Assembly (NCBI GenBank): GCA_046563655.1
Contig: CM102290.1
Span: 13,454,001 to 13,518,000 of the forward strand
Reading direction: 5' to 3'
DNA: 64,000 nt
Source of the DNA: Yuukianura sp. NJ FZ-2021
Taxonomy: Eukaryota
Shown: one piece after another, positions 15,839-28,258 of the stretch
Position numbering within the stretch: position 1 is the stretch's first letter
Layout: each line of letters starts with the position of its first letter
Program-made: the position numbers and the translations under genes
Notes under the pieces: generated by a model
Databases searched by the model: none
Told to the model about the DNA's origin: nothing
Seen by the model: the letters and a program-made list of their open reading frames with translations, nothing else

Positions 15839-17586
15839 TGTCACAGCATGCTTAAGTAATTATTCGTTCAGATCAGTTTGAATGACCGGCGGACTGATTT
15901 TGATTCTCAGTTGTCAAATCCGTGTCAAAAAATAATTTTAAACATTTAATTATATTTTATTTCTACTTTTGAAGAAGAAATAGGTAATGAGGTGCTAGTT
16001 TTTACATTCGATCATTATTTAACAAACAAAATTAATCAGCTTGTTACAGTAATACATTAAGCAGTTTTGCTCAAATCTTCATGTCACCATGTACAGAAAA
16101 ACCTCTCTTATAGCAACCCTCCCCGATACCGTGAACTCTCTCATTGCATCACAGCGGTATCGTACTACCCAAAGTCAATATAGTTGATTCTAATTATAGT
16201 TGACTTTAAAGTTAACTTCCCGCCAAAAACTTAGGCAGTGTTGCTTTGACAGTGATTGTGATTTTTATTAGTCGTTACGTTACACATAGGGGGTGCGATG
16301 TGTTTTGTGTTGTTTTTTTCTAAACATTTAAAATCTAGTAATTTTCGGCTCAATGCGGTAGTACGTTTTTGTATTAGTATTTGGTAAATATGTGCAAATG
16401 TGATTGTGTTTTTATTTTTTTGAAAGTGTAAAGTTGAAGGTGAGCATTCTACAGATTTAATTGACGTCGGTGTCAGCTTCAGCAATTATGAACAAAGCGG
16501 TTTCCCTGCTTTCTTTTGGAACACTTAATTTCATCCTTCTCTTCCACGCACAGTACACAGCAGTGACGAAAGCAGCTTCACATGAAAATAAAGAGTAAAC
16601 GATATGAAATGAGAATAGTCAAAAAAATTGTAACGAATGCGATAGTGTTAGGCGTCACAAAAGGCGACATTTGAGCTGTGGTGTTCATATTACGTTCATG
16701 TCAACTTGATCATTGTCAGGGTGTTTTTCGTATTTCGTTGTTCATCTGTTGCAACTCCTGTTGGAGTAGTGCAGCTAGATAAGAGGAAAATATTACCTAA
16801 GACAATGAATCCTCCGCAGAAGCCGGCAATCGCTGCTGGCCAAAAACTGCCCTCTTCTTCAGCGGCCTTCCCCACGACCCCCTCGACCACTTCTCCAGTA
16901 CTGCTCCGCAGAGATCTTTGGCGAGAAGACAACATACATATGAAGCTCCGACTCGGCCTCCGGTGGAGAAAAAAAGAACTACAAGGAGTGTTTTGAGAAG
17001 TCAGTTAAGGGTGGTACACACAACTTTTTCTATTCACTGCAGTCCCACTGCATAGTCTCCAAAGGTAAACTCAGTCTATGCGTGTGTGCACTACCCTTAA
17101 CCTTAATTCTCACAGTCTCCACCAGAGGTCGAGTCGGAGCTTCATATGTATGTGTCCAGACTCGCCAAATAGCTCTGCAAACAAGGCCTCCCTGCAAAGA
17201 AAAAGTTGAATGTACAACATAGAATGAAAGCGGTAAACATCTTGCTTTATGTGACGAGAATTGTAGTAGAAGGATTAAATTCAAATTTCCGTACTTACCG
17301 ATTTTCTGGGCACTTCCAAGCTCGGTAGATGGCTCCGCGAAGAGCCTTGATGTTGTTTGGATCTTCGCACATGCCCTTGACCCACACGCAGGAGGCATTG
17401 ACGCAGGCAACACAGGAGCCCAGCAATTCTTCGCAGGGGCCTGGGTAGTCCATTTCTACAAAGACTAAAGTGTTCTAAAATCTCTTGTTTTTTTTGTCAT
17501 TCGTGCAACTGGTGTTAGTTTAGGCTTAAGTAAGTTTAGTAGCTTAGTGGTTTCGTTAAGTTGTTCATTCGCCAACTGAGTGAATA

Positions 17587-17778
17587 GTTCGTAGCGATTA
17601 TGACGTGCAAATCAATCGTCTGAACTGGATCTATGGGCGAGAGACTAATCGTACCATCTAGCAATCTGGTTCCCACCGTAATTTCCCATAGGATACTCGG
17701 CGCTTAAACCAGTGTCATCCGGTAAATCGAATGATTAGACGCCCAGGGGCCGAAACGATCTCAACCTATTCAAAAAAC
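17587..17778 (+). pseudogene. Degenerate 28S rRNA fragment (conserved core, domain II)
   Basis: Colinear match to the remembered LSU core: CGTAGCGATT.TGACGTGCAAATC, GACTAATCG.ACCATCTAG, CTGGTTCCC, ATCCGGTAAA.CGAATGATTAGA, GGGGCCGAAACGATCTCAACCTATTC, with scattered substitutions. Confidence 0.9.
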
Positions 17779-18702
17779 AATGAAGGAAGAGTTCGCTTAC
17801 CTTGTGTTGGAGTGGATGTTGTGCGTAAATGAAGATGGATGTGACGACGAGTTACTGCTGAGTGAATGTTGTAGTAATTAGTTGAGTAATTGGTAAGTAT
17901 GTTTGATGTGTGAATTTGAGTTGAGTGAATGTTTAGTTTTGATCGAATGAATGTGTTGTGTGGAGAGTGGAAGGTGCGCGCTTTTTTTTTGTAATGGGGC
18001 AACGGCAGGATGGGAGAGACTAGTCCTCGGAAACTAGAGATTCTGAGTCGCAGTCGCATCTGAGGGTTTTAGTCTCTCTTCTCCCTTAGGGATGGGGAAA
18101 GGTTCAAATCCAGCTGGATATCCACTTTTAAATACTTTGTCCAGGCCATAAATCGATAAATCCGGATAAAATTCAGGTGATAAATGGATAAATCCGCATA
18201 CAATGCAGTTTCTGATGGACGAAATTGAGTTTAGGCCGGAAGAAATCAATAAAGTCCAGATATATCCATCACTTTCGAGGAGAGTGGAAGAAGTATTTTA
18301 TCCATACAGCAACACTGAACTTAGCTTTTACCAAATAAAAAAAATTACCAAACTAACGCAATTTTACGAAGGCACTGGTCGTGAGTTTCGTAAAATTCAA
18401 AAACGTTGCGTTTGACGGTATCCCGCCGGGAAAAAAAAAGAGTTCATAAAAGAGAAGTTCTTCTGTATTTATATTTCTATCAACTCTTTTTCCTGACATG
18501 AGTATGTATTAACAATGTTGCTAGATATCCACTTTTTCGACATTTCATCCAAGGCTGATATCCAGTGGTAGAAACGGACGAAATGGAGAAACCCAAAGGG
18601 GTGGAGCTTTGCCCTAGGGCTTTGAATTCATTGAATACAAGCTTTAAAAAATGGAAATATACTCCATATACGAAGTAAATATCGTCTTACAAATACTTTT
18701 TC

Positions 18703-18890
18703 AACAGAATTCCAAATTTCAAGAGTACAAAAATTTAATAAGAAAATTTATCGATTAACAAACAGAATTCCTCAACAGTGCAAAAAATTAATTAGAAAAT
18801 TTGTCTGATTAGATTAATTCCAATTTTCAAGACTGCAAAAATTTAAAAGGATGTCTGATTAACAAGCAGAATTCCAAATTTCAAGACTGC
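18703..18890 (+). repeat. Degenerate tandem copies related to the 59-bp satellite
   Basis: AATTCCAAATTTCAAGAGTACAAAAATTTAATAAGAAAAT resembles the satellite segment AATTCCAAATTCCAAAAAGTTAAAAATTTAGTAGGAAAAT; about 3-4 irregular units. Confidence 0.55.
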
Positions 18891-20233
18891 AGTTTGAATT
18901 TTTCTTGAATTTCACGCTAAATTTTTAATTTCTTCCATCCACTCATAGTTTCGTCCATTTGGATATCCAGTGGAAGTAGCAATTAATCCACTGGACGTTT
19001 AAGCGTCCAACAACACTGTGTGTTAACCTAAAAGTCTTGGGAGTATCCATTGCATTGGAGTGGGTGGATTTGGATCCAGGTGATTTGGTCTAATTAAGTG
19101 CGAGGCCAGGTATGAATGGAGGTCATTCAACAGTTCAAACGGAGGAGCTCAGACGAAATGACTTGGGAGCTTATTTTAAGCTTAAGTGGCCTCATGTAAC
19201 AAAAGGTGGAGACAAGGCATGGAAGTTCTGTTTTGTGATGAAGATGATGAAGTAGTACATAAATTAGAGCAAAACGGCATTACTATTCTTCTCCGCCAAA
19301 GAATGGGAAGTTTGTGGAGACTGAACGGTGAACATAAGCTGTTGTGGTAACTCGTAGAATGGAAATTTGAACAACGTTGTCCAATATCATCATCACTTCA
19401 TCTTCCCAAAGAGTCGTTTTCTTATGAATGTTTTATGCAATAGGACCACCATCCACTCTTCTTCTAAATTGTATCTATGTTGAGTAGCTAAAACTGAAGT
19501 TTAGTAAACCTATATGCCTGCTACTGTTTGAATTTCCCTGGTTACCGTGTGGAGACAACTCCCCAGTATTCCAATACTATACTTGATGAATATTCAATCA
19601 ACCAACACACCTGTGCCATATGGACCACCACACTCTTAGTATTACTCAAACCTACCACAGCCAAAACGCTCCTGGAAACACGAATTCAGTCCCCAATTGC
19701 GGTTTTCAGCAGACACACACTAAACCAAGTCTTCCGCAATTTCAAACACCAGTACTTCCAGGCCAGAGCCACCGCAGTCCCACCTGAACAAACACGACAA
19801 CGCATTGCGAACTCCAAATTTTCTGGAATTCGGTTCGGTTCGGAGTAGGTTCATACGCTGGCAAAACTGCGCTGGCGCTGATTTGGAAGCTGGAGGAAGA
19901 AAAAGCTGGAACTGCGGGGACGAAAGCTGTCGTTCTTGGAGCTATTCGGCATAATCTAGGCGGACTTTTCGGACGTTTTCGCACATTTTCGGACATTCGG
20001 TGTCCGCACTTTGCAGTGACAACCAATGGCGACATCGGGCGTAAGAAGGTAGCTGAACTCCGATCGGAGCGTGGTCTGAAATTGGAGCAGCCCATAGCTA
20101 GAATTCACGTTTTTCGAGCATCACGAATATCCTGATGCGGAAGGACTTTTGAACAGCATTGGACTTTCTTCAATTTTGAAAAAAATGAATTTGGAATTTT
20201 GAAATTTTCAGAACACCTCTCAGATCTCATGTC

Positions 20234-20299
20234 GTTTGTGACCGTTCTAATGGGCAGTACAATTTTTACAAAATTTTGCTCGTGAGTCCGATCGCAAAC
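20234..20299 (+). ncRNA. mir-2001: pre-miR-2001 (mature 5p about 20236-20257)
   Basis: TTGTGACCGTTCTAATGGGCA is nearly identical to remembered miR-2001 and pairs with TGCTCGTGAGTCCGATCGCAAAC (20277-20299); clustered with miR-252. Confidence 0.88.
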
Positions 20300-23200
20300 T
20301 TTGTGTTGAACTCTGAAACTTCAACGGCATTTCTACATTTTACATCTTCCGAGAATGAGACACTGGATTTGATTCCTTTTGGCTACATTTTTGAATAGTA
20401 TTATACAAATTTAATTCGAAATTGAAGTTTTTTCTTTTGTTTGAAAACGATTTTGATATATTTCTTACCAAAGTCTAATTTTAGGCACACTTTATTCGGA
20501 AATTGTAATTAAAGCATTATTGAAATTTTGTTTGTTTAAACTGCCTAACAGAATTCTTAGAACTTTTGAATAAACAAAGTGCAGGTTTACCTTTATAAAC
20601 TAACGTTATGCATTTTATTATACGTGAACTAAATCATGTTGCCAAAATTTGAAAATGAAAGATTTTGAAAACGAAAAGAATTTTGGTTTTGGATTTTCAT
20701 CAGTTACTAAAAAGTTGCAGTAAAAAGTAAGAGTTGCTGCGTTCTACTAGCGATGTCTTCCAAACATCGCGAACCAGTTTCCGGGTTGATGGAAATTCTC
20801 TAAACAATTTTTTTGAATTCTGCATTCACTTTTTTTTATAATGAAAATTCGGAAATTATACATTAAAAAAATTTTTTAAACTAAATCAAAACTTTTGTAG
20901 AAAGAAAACTTCTAAGCTGATACCACGAAAATTGTTGAGTTTCAGAGGAACAATTTGCTATAATTTTCCTTTGTTTATTTTTAAACCTAAACAAAAATGG
21001 AAGTTTCAGTGACAAAAAACGTCAGCCGCGATGCTCTAGAATTTGCACAAACGAATGCCTTAAGTTTATGCTGAATTGAAACAAGAGTCGAGAATTTGAC
21101 AATTCTGATTGAATTGAATCCACTTAAGAACCAAAGGAAGTTCGGATTTCATTCTCATGATTCACAAAGTCACTAGAATTTGAATCGTAGAGGCTATTTT
21201 TTGGTTTTGGGAAGATGCCAATCGACAGTCATGTCTAGGAAATCCGATCTCTGTCTGAATGAGATGAGTCCACTTTTGAATATCCTATTTTAAATTTTAT
21301 GGTTAGGCAATGCTCTTGTTATACTTTTTGGAACAAGGGGTGGACAATCAAAAAAAAAAGTTCATGTTCTGGAATTCATGACTTCTTGAGCGTCCCACTT
21401 TGCAACTTAGTTCATACAGTAGAGTGTGGAGGTTTAAATCAAAATTTCAATTTCAATTTTGATGCTGCAGAATTGAACACTTCAAAGCAATGTACTGCCG
21501 ATAGCTTTTCATCCACTCTGCGCAAGTTATAAAACTAACTTTCCGCTAGCTCGCAAGAAAAAACCATTTTTAACATTGACAGCAGCCTCAAATGTGCCAG
21601 AAGATTTTACTTTGGCCTCACCGCTAAATTTTATACAGAGTTCATGATTTCGGCTTAAATTAAAACCCAAACAAACAAAATTTCGATAAATCTCAGTTCA
21701 AATTTTTTTTTAAATTCCAATTTTCAAAATATTTTTTGAATAAAACTATGCAATGCGTACGTTTAGACTTTAGCATGTTCACCTCCTCTTGTAGAAATTA
21801 TGATGCTCTCATGTTGAAATTATGATGTTGTCGGATCCACTGTATTTTGGTTCATCTTGTAAATTTTTTTTGAAATAAAATTACATGTAATTTTGTAAAC
21901 AATTTGTTATTTTGAAATGGAAAGGACTTTTGGTTTAAAGGGCTTTAATTTTTTTTAATTTTTGGGTTTTCATTCAAGTCAAATTCCAAAAACGCCAACT
22001 TTTTTTTCCAGTTTGGTAGTTTCTAATTGCAATCCATCATCCACCAGTATATATTGTGGCATGAGAATGCTAAGTATGAGTTTAGAATTATGAACGACTT
22101 TGGGATGATGATGAGGGAGGTCATTTGATTCCTATTAAGATAAACCATTTGACACATTTGTTTCACAAACAAATTCTCAATGCATGGCAGGCAGGAGGCC
22201 CTTAAGTCTCCTTGCATCTTCACACTTCGTCTCTGCATATTGTTAGAAATGTGTTTAAAACATGCTAGGAAGGCCTTCACATCATTTTCTAAACCAAACC
22301 AACGCAAATTTCAACCAGCCCGCAACAGCATCTGCAACCTACTTTTGTCCTAGCTTGTTAAAAAAAATACAACAACTAGCAATTGTTAAAAAAAAATTTG
22401 GTTGCAACTAATTAGTACTGCGACTCATCCACATTTTTTTCCTATTTACTAGGTAATGTAAGCGCCTGTATTTGCTTTTAAAACAGTCCATTTTACCGCA
22501 AACCAGCCTTCGCCTGAACTGATTTGAGCTAAAACTTGAGTAAAATACTCAACTTGCATCGTTTTTTAATAAATTTTCCAAGGATTTTGATAATTTTTTA
22601 GTAGTTGCAGTTGGAAAAATAACATGAAATATGGCGGTGTCTCCTTGCGGTGACCTGTTTGCTCCAACTTTTTTTTTAAAAGTTGAAAGTCTGTTTTGTG
22701 TATTGTTGACAATGGAGATGGTGGAAGGTGGGATGTGGGACTTTGTAGTCATTAGGGAAAAGAGGGGCTTTTGCCATTAGTTAGGCCCATTGTGATCAAC
22801 TATTATTTGGTTATTAGTTGGCATCCCATTTGGACTCCATTTTATTAGAAAATGAGTTTGAGGGGGGCTGGATTCAAGGAAAAGCGGGTTTTTGAAACCA
22901 CAGTGCCAACAATAGCCTTCTTTTGACTGATTCTTTGTTTGATCAGCTACTACTTCAAAGACATCGCACCTTATAACTAACGCTTCCAGGATTCGTGTCC
23001 AATCTGGTCCTCAGAACGAGTCAAAATTGGGAGCGTCCAACTTTCGACCAGCTTTTGGCCAACTTTTGACGAAAAAGTGGAATTTCGGCGGAATTTGGTA
23101 AGTGTATACTTGGAAATTTGGATTTGCTGGTGCAAAATTGTTAAATAGCGAGTATAATTTGAGTTGAATTTAAACCCAGTTTTTGGTTGGTTGAAAATTG

Positions 23201-23710
23201 ACAGATTCTGCTTTTGGATTGTGGATAATTTATTAATGAAATGTGAAGACGTGGAAGGTGAAATGTTCTGTTGAATTAATTTCCATTCTTCTGCTTATGC
23301 CCTCAACACATACGTAGTACATAACTTAATTCCTTCGTCTATTTCCTCACATACACCCAATCCTCCAGAACTTTTTTTAATAATTGAATTGATTTTGACT
23401 AAAATGTTGGTCTAGATTCGCCAAAAAATGAAAAGCTTTACAACGAGATGAGCATGGAAACTTTCATATGCTGGCCTAGCTTCAATTTTCAGAATTTTTG
23501 ACGCTTGTATTCTTCAGAATTAGTCAAAATTCAATGATTTCATAAAGGTTAGGATTTCATGAGGGTAGTGTGTTTTGACTAATGCTTTTTGTTTGACAGT
23601 GGACCACTACTGGTGACCATGATGCTTTCTCTATGACAACGGACGACTGGTGACCATGATGCGGGACTTAACCTAGTTAACGTAGGGGGCAGTGTAACAT
23701 GGGAGTCAAG

Positions 23711-23783
23711 GTGCCTAAGTAGTAGCGCCGCAGGTGAAAGGACTGGTGAAAGTCATCCACCCGCGATCTACTGCTTATGCTAC
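23711..23783 (+). ncRNA. mir-252b: pre-miR-252b (mature 5p about 23715-23736)
   Basis: CTAAGTAGTAGCGCCGCAGGTG pairs with CACCCGCGATCTACTGCTTATG; near-identical to the miR-252b family sequence. Confidence 0.92.
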
Positions 23784-23894
23784 CATGAACTCCACAAACA
23801 GCTCAACCCACACTGCCTCTGCATTACTAGGATACTCCGTGTATGCAATAAGAAACAATACAAATGTATTTTTGATTGTTTTATAAAAATTTAT

Positions 23895-24186
23895 TTCTAA
23901 AATTTTACTTATATTATACTCTAAATTTCCTACTAAATTTATAGCGTTTTGAAATTTGGAATTTTGCTTATACTTTACTATAAATTTCTTACTTAATTTC
24001 TAGGTTTTTGAAATTTGGAATTTTGCTTATATAATGCCTTAAATTTTCTATTAAATTTCTAGCGTTTTAAAATTTGGAATTTTCATTATACTGCACTATA
24101 AATTTTTTACTAAATTTCTAGCTTTTTGAAATTTGGAATTTTGCTTATACTATGAGTTAAATATCCTACTAAATTTCTAGCTTTTT
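23895..24186 (-). repeat. Diverged 59-bp tandem array (about 5 units), same family as the large satellite, opposite strand
   Basis: (G/A)AAATTTGGAATT recurs at 23951, 24010, 24069 and 24128 (period 59); TTTCCTACTAAATTT is near the reverse complement of the satellite core. Confidence 0.8.
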
Positions 24187-25994
24187 GTTTTGTTTTGAGT
24201 TTATTTTCTTTATTGGAGCAAATTTCCAACTTATGAAACAAAAACTTCAACTTCAAAAACTTTTTTTTAGTTTTAAAAAATGGAATTAAATTTCGACCAA
24301 GAAAAATACCATTTTCGTGCTGCATTAAATTGACCCTTGTGTCATTCATTACTCAGACTATTGTTCATTTCCGTCATTTTATGAGGTGTCAAGTGCCGTC
24401 ATTGTCTCATTTCACTTGATCATCATCCTAACTCGTCCCTTGTCCAAGGACCCCTCAAGTTCCCTTAGAAATAAACTATAAACCATATTCCCAAGAACCT
24501 CCATTTGAACATAAATAAACATCAATTTCTCACTAGACGAAGAGAGTGGCTCTAAAAGAGCAATTTGACAAACAATATTTGTTAATTTTGGTCATAAATC
24601 CGCAGGAGTGAAAGACAATGGAAACTTAAACAGATGCTGCAAAGAGTGTGAGTCATTCCAGAATTCAGTCAAGTCACACCACACTCAGCTTCCGATGAAA
24701 TCCACACCACTAAAAAGCACCACTCTCAATTTGACACTTTAAAGTGACTGTTTAAAAAAACTTAAAAAAATGAATGATTCATTCCCGAGAGTATTTCAAA
24801 AGTTTATTCGGAATTTCATTTTTGCAGAATTGGGGCAACGCAGCAATGCTTCTTTCGCACCTTAAGCGCGAACTCCACAACGTGGCAACATGCACCTTCA
24901 TTACAAATCAAACCAAACCACTTTTTTTAAAAACCGTAAACTACACCGCAATAAGTTTTAGTTCCACTGTTGCCAACTTGCTCAATTCGCGCTTTTTGTT
25001 TTCGTGCTAACGACCTGTTGCTTTTTTTTGCTGTTATAAACTGCATAATATAACTTTAAAAATACGTTTTGCTGTGTAAAAAGACATTTTTGGCTTCAAA
25101 ATTTTTCAGTTTCTTGAATTTGAAATGGAGGGAAACTGTTGCAAAAAGGGAGACAAAATAGTTGCTGTGTCCAGATCATTGTGGAGATGGAAGAAGATGA
25201 GCTGTGTATGAAAGTAGCGGAGGCTGAGGATGGGATTAAAGTGGGAATTAAGGGATGACGAAGATCTGGTAGATCTGTGCTTATGGCCTTCAGCCTATCC
25301 TTTCTTTCTAAATAACTAAATAAATTGGTCTCAATTAAGTGGATCTAAAGTGGGTTGGCCAGTATACATAGTATGCAACAAACCAAAAAAAAAATCCTGG
25401 TTGAGAAACACTTTTCAAATCAAAGTTCTTTTAAAACTTTTTTTTTCCAATGAAGATTAATTCTCATCAAGATGAAGCTTTGTTCACAACTGAAGCGTCG
25501 CTAAAGTCTTTGTATTTTGGAATATTCAAAAGATTCAAAATTCCACTTGTGCCTGTAAATGATGGTTGCTCTGTCCGTGGCCTCACTTGGCCAAACCGTG
25601 TCCATGGTGACGAGAGGGAGGGTGTCTGAATTGTGTAGATTGGAGGAGGTCATTTAAAGGAGCCACTTAATAGGACTGATTGATAGTTGTAGCCAAGTGG
25701 GAACGTGGACGAGTTAAGGGCCACATCCTGTCATGGCATCTGAGCCAACATAAATATTCATTGGGAGGCATCTGAGATCGGTCACTCAGTTGGCTCAGAA
25801 GTGTCCAAGACGACAGACACCCTCTGGACAGCCTCTCCTGCTCAACCTCAGCTCCAAAAGCCTCTTTAGCTAGGCTTAGTTCAGCATTCGTAGCTCTCAG
25901 AGTAGTTTTTAGATCTTGAAGGATTTGGATCTCTTGGACATTCTTGGACAAGAGCGAGAGCCGGAGGACCTAATCTTTGGTCATCTTAGGAAAT

Positions 25995-26083
25995 CCCTGT
26001 TTCGTTCCTAAGTACTAGTGCCGCAGGAGATTGGATTTTGGCCGATTTGCTCCTGCTGCTCCAGTGCTTATCAATGGAAAGGG
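25995..26083 (+). ncRNA. mir-252a: pre-miR-252a (mature 5p 26008-26029)
   Basis: CTAAGTACTAGTGCCGCAGGAG matches remembered insect miR-252-5p; pairs with CTCCTGCTGCTCCAGTGCTTAT; basal stem continues. Confidence 0.95.
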
Positions 26084-28258
26084 TAGTACTTCTGGACATC
26101 CAACATCATCCAGCACCACGGTGGCCAAAATTGAGAAGCCACAGGTACAGACTCAAAATGCTTTTAGTAGTTTCTGACATACTTTCTAAAAGTAAATGAC
26201 AACTGATGAGACTTTCTGCAAATTTAGAACTTACAAATTTAAAATTTTCGTAATTCTAGGCTGTTTCATTCTTGTTTTGAATTTTTTCCAGCCACTCTCC
26301 TGCTGTGACGTAAATCAATCTGCACTCAATCAAATTCATCTCCATTCCTCCTGTAATCCTGCCATTTGTGATGCGCAGGCATCATATGCAAAGCATTTCC
26401 TTTAAAACTGGAAGTACTCGGACAAAATCAGACTAAAGTCATCAAAATTTCAAATATCGAAAAAACTCAGTTTAAAAAATTGTGCAGCGGGAGAAAGTTA
26501 GTCCTTAGCCAATCAGAATCGAGTATTCGCGGTGAAAGCGGGAAGTGAATGTTCCATTAAATTAAAAAAAAAAGTGGTCTAAAACGCGTAGATTTGCAAC
26601 AATTTATTTACGAAACTAAATCAAAGTTAACTAAAAGTAAACTTGAGATACTAACAGTTTTTTACATCTTAAATCTAAGCAATTTTAACTAACTAACTTT
26701 TTAGCAGCACTATTGTAAAGTTAACAACTTCAGTAACAAGGCGGCTGATTCTTTTTTACAAAACAGATCCCCAAAAAATTATTCTGAAACATGAACTCAA
26801 AAAATCCGTTTCCTCAAAACAATTGAAAAGTTCAAAATCAATCAAATGTCAATGCAAAACAAACGAGAGAAAAGAAATGTTGGATTTGACTAAAAATTAA
26901 TTCCGCCGGTAGCTATACATGCTAATGCCACGAAAGAAATTCATCCGCGGTGTAATTTTTTATCATAACGGAAACCGAAAAATTCTAAATTCAAATTTTT
27001 ACAAATTCAGGACTTCATGAAAAATTTCAAAACCGAAAAATCTATACCGACAACAAATACACTAACAGTTGTCAGTAAAATTCAGTCTTTTTAGAATTCA
27101 AGTGTTTTTTTTTCTCGAAGAAATTTTGTCTAGAATTTAGAACCAACCGGAAGACAAATTGTTCACTTTTTGTACAAAAGTTGAAACGTTTTTTGATTTA
27201 GAATGAAATTGGCACCGGATTCATACCATAATAGAATATTTACTATGACTATTTAGTAACATGGTTCTGTCGTTCATTTTGTTTGAGTGTAATTCCAATT
27301 TGCAAAACAAAATTTTGCACTACAGTTGACCGACACCTCTTACGTTTATGTTCTACAACTTGCATTTGAAGTTGCCATTTGTAGAATGATACTTTTAATA
27401 ATATAATTATATATTATAATAATATGTGTTAAGCTGTCATCGAAAGAGAGAGACAGTTTGAGCAGTTAGTACAAATACAAAATTTTGTAGGTAACGTTAA
27501 CTACAACCACAAAATAGTTTCCTACCTAAGTTACTAAAAACTAAAAGTACCCTAAATCCTGGCCTATAGTGATTATGACACATTTACCCAAAGTCACTGG
27601 TGGTAGTTTACACAATGGTTTCAGTATTCTTAACACAACTGTTGTAAAAACAGGTTAACAAAAAATCGTGTTTAAAACTTATAGTTTAAACTCCTATAAA
27701 AACAAAAATTGTCACTTCTAAGTACTTCGACGTAATTTTACAAGTAAGGCTCTTATGCATCAATTCCAAAGGTATTTTGCAACCTACTGGAAATTGTGGG
27801 AAAAACCACAATCAAACTAAACGTGATCGTTATGATTAAACACTAATTCTAACAATTACTTAAACTAACAATTACTAAAACAGTGTCCTTACCGGTGTTT
27901 AAAAAGTGTTAACAAGACTAAAATCCATCTTGGACGACTCTCTTCTGGAAATAATAATGTGGTATTTAACACTAGGTTAACTTAAATTAAAACTTAAAAC
28001 TTTAAGTTAAAATTAAAACTTAAACGTAGTTGCAGGAACTAGTAAAACCCTAACATTTTAACCTACACTTTACAAAATTCGATTGCATAGCCAAGCCCTG
28101 CCTTTACAATTAAGCTTAAAGCTTAAAAGTACTAAAACAACTATTAGATAGTAACAACAAAATTTCTAAGTACACTACAGAAATTCAATGTGATAACTTG
28201 TGGATGTTCAACACAATTAGTGAAAAAAAAAAACAGGTTCTGTAGTCCGAGGTCACGA

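Noticed and set aside
17093..17106. Telomerase RNA template (CCCTTAACCTTAA)
   Set aside because: Not complementary to TTAGG or TTAGGG repeats, and partly buried in a stem.
16696..17413. ORFs 16706-16996, 16696-16935 and 17030-17413 as proteins
   Set aside because: No recognisable domain; better explained as chance frames in a GC-richer inverted-repeat region.
17587..17778. Functional rRNA gene
   Set aside because: Only about 190 bp, mutated at invariant positions, with no flanking rDNA.
18100..19020. Repeated TGGATATCCA-type motifs
   Set aside because: Probably a decayed transposon; ends and TSD could not be defined.
26200..26230. Hammerhead ribozyme core (CTGATGAG)
   Set aside because: No properly placed stem II with GAAA and no flanking helices found.
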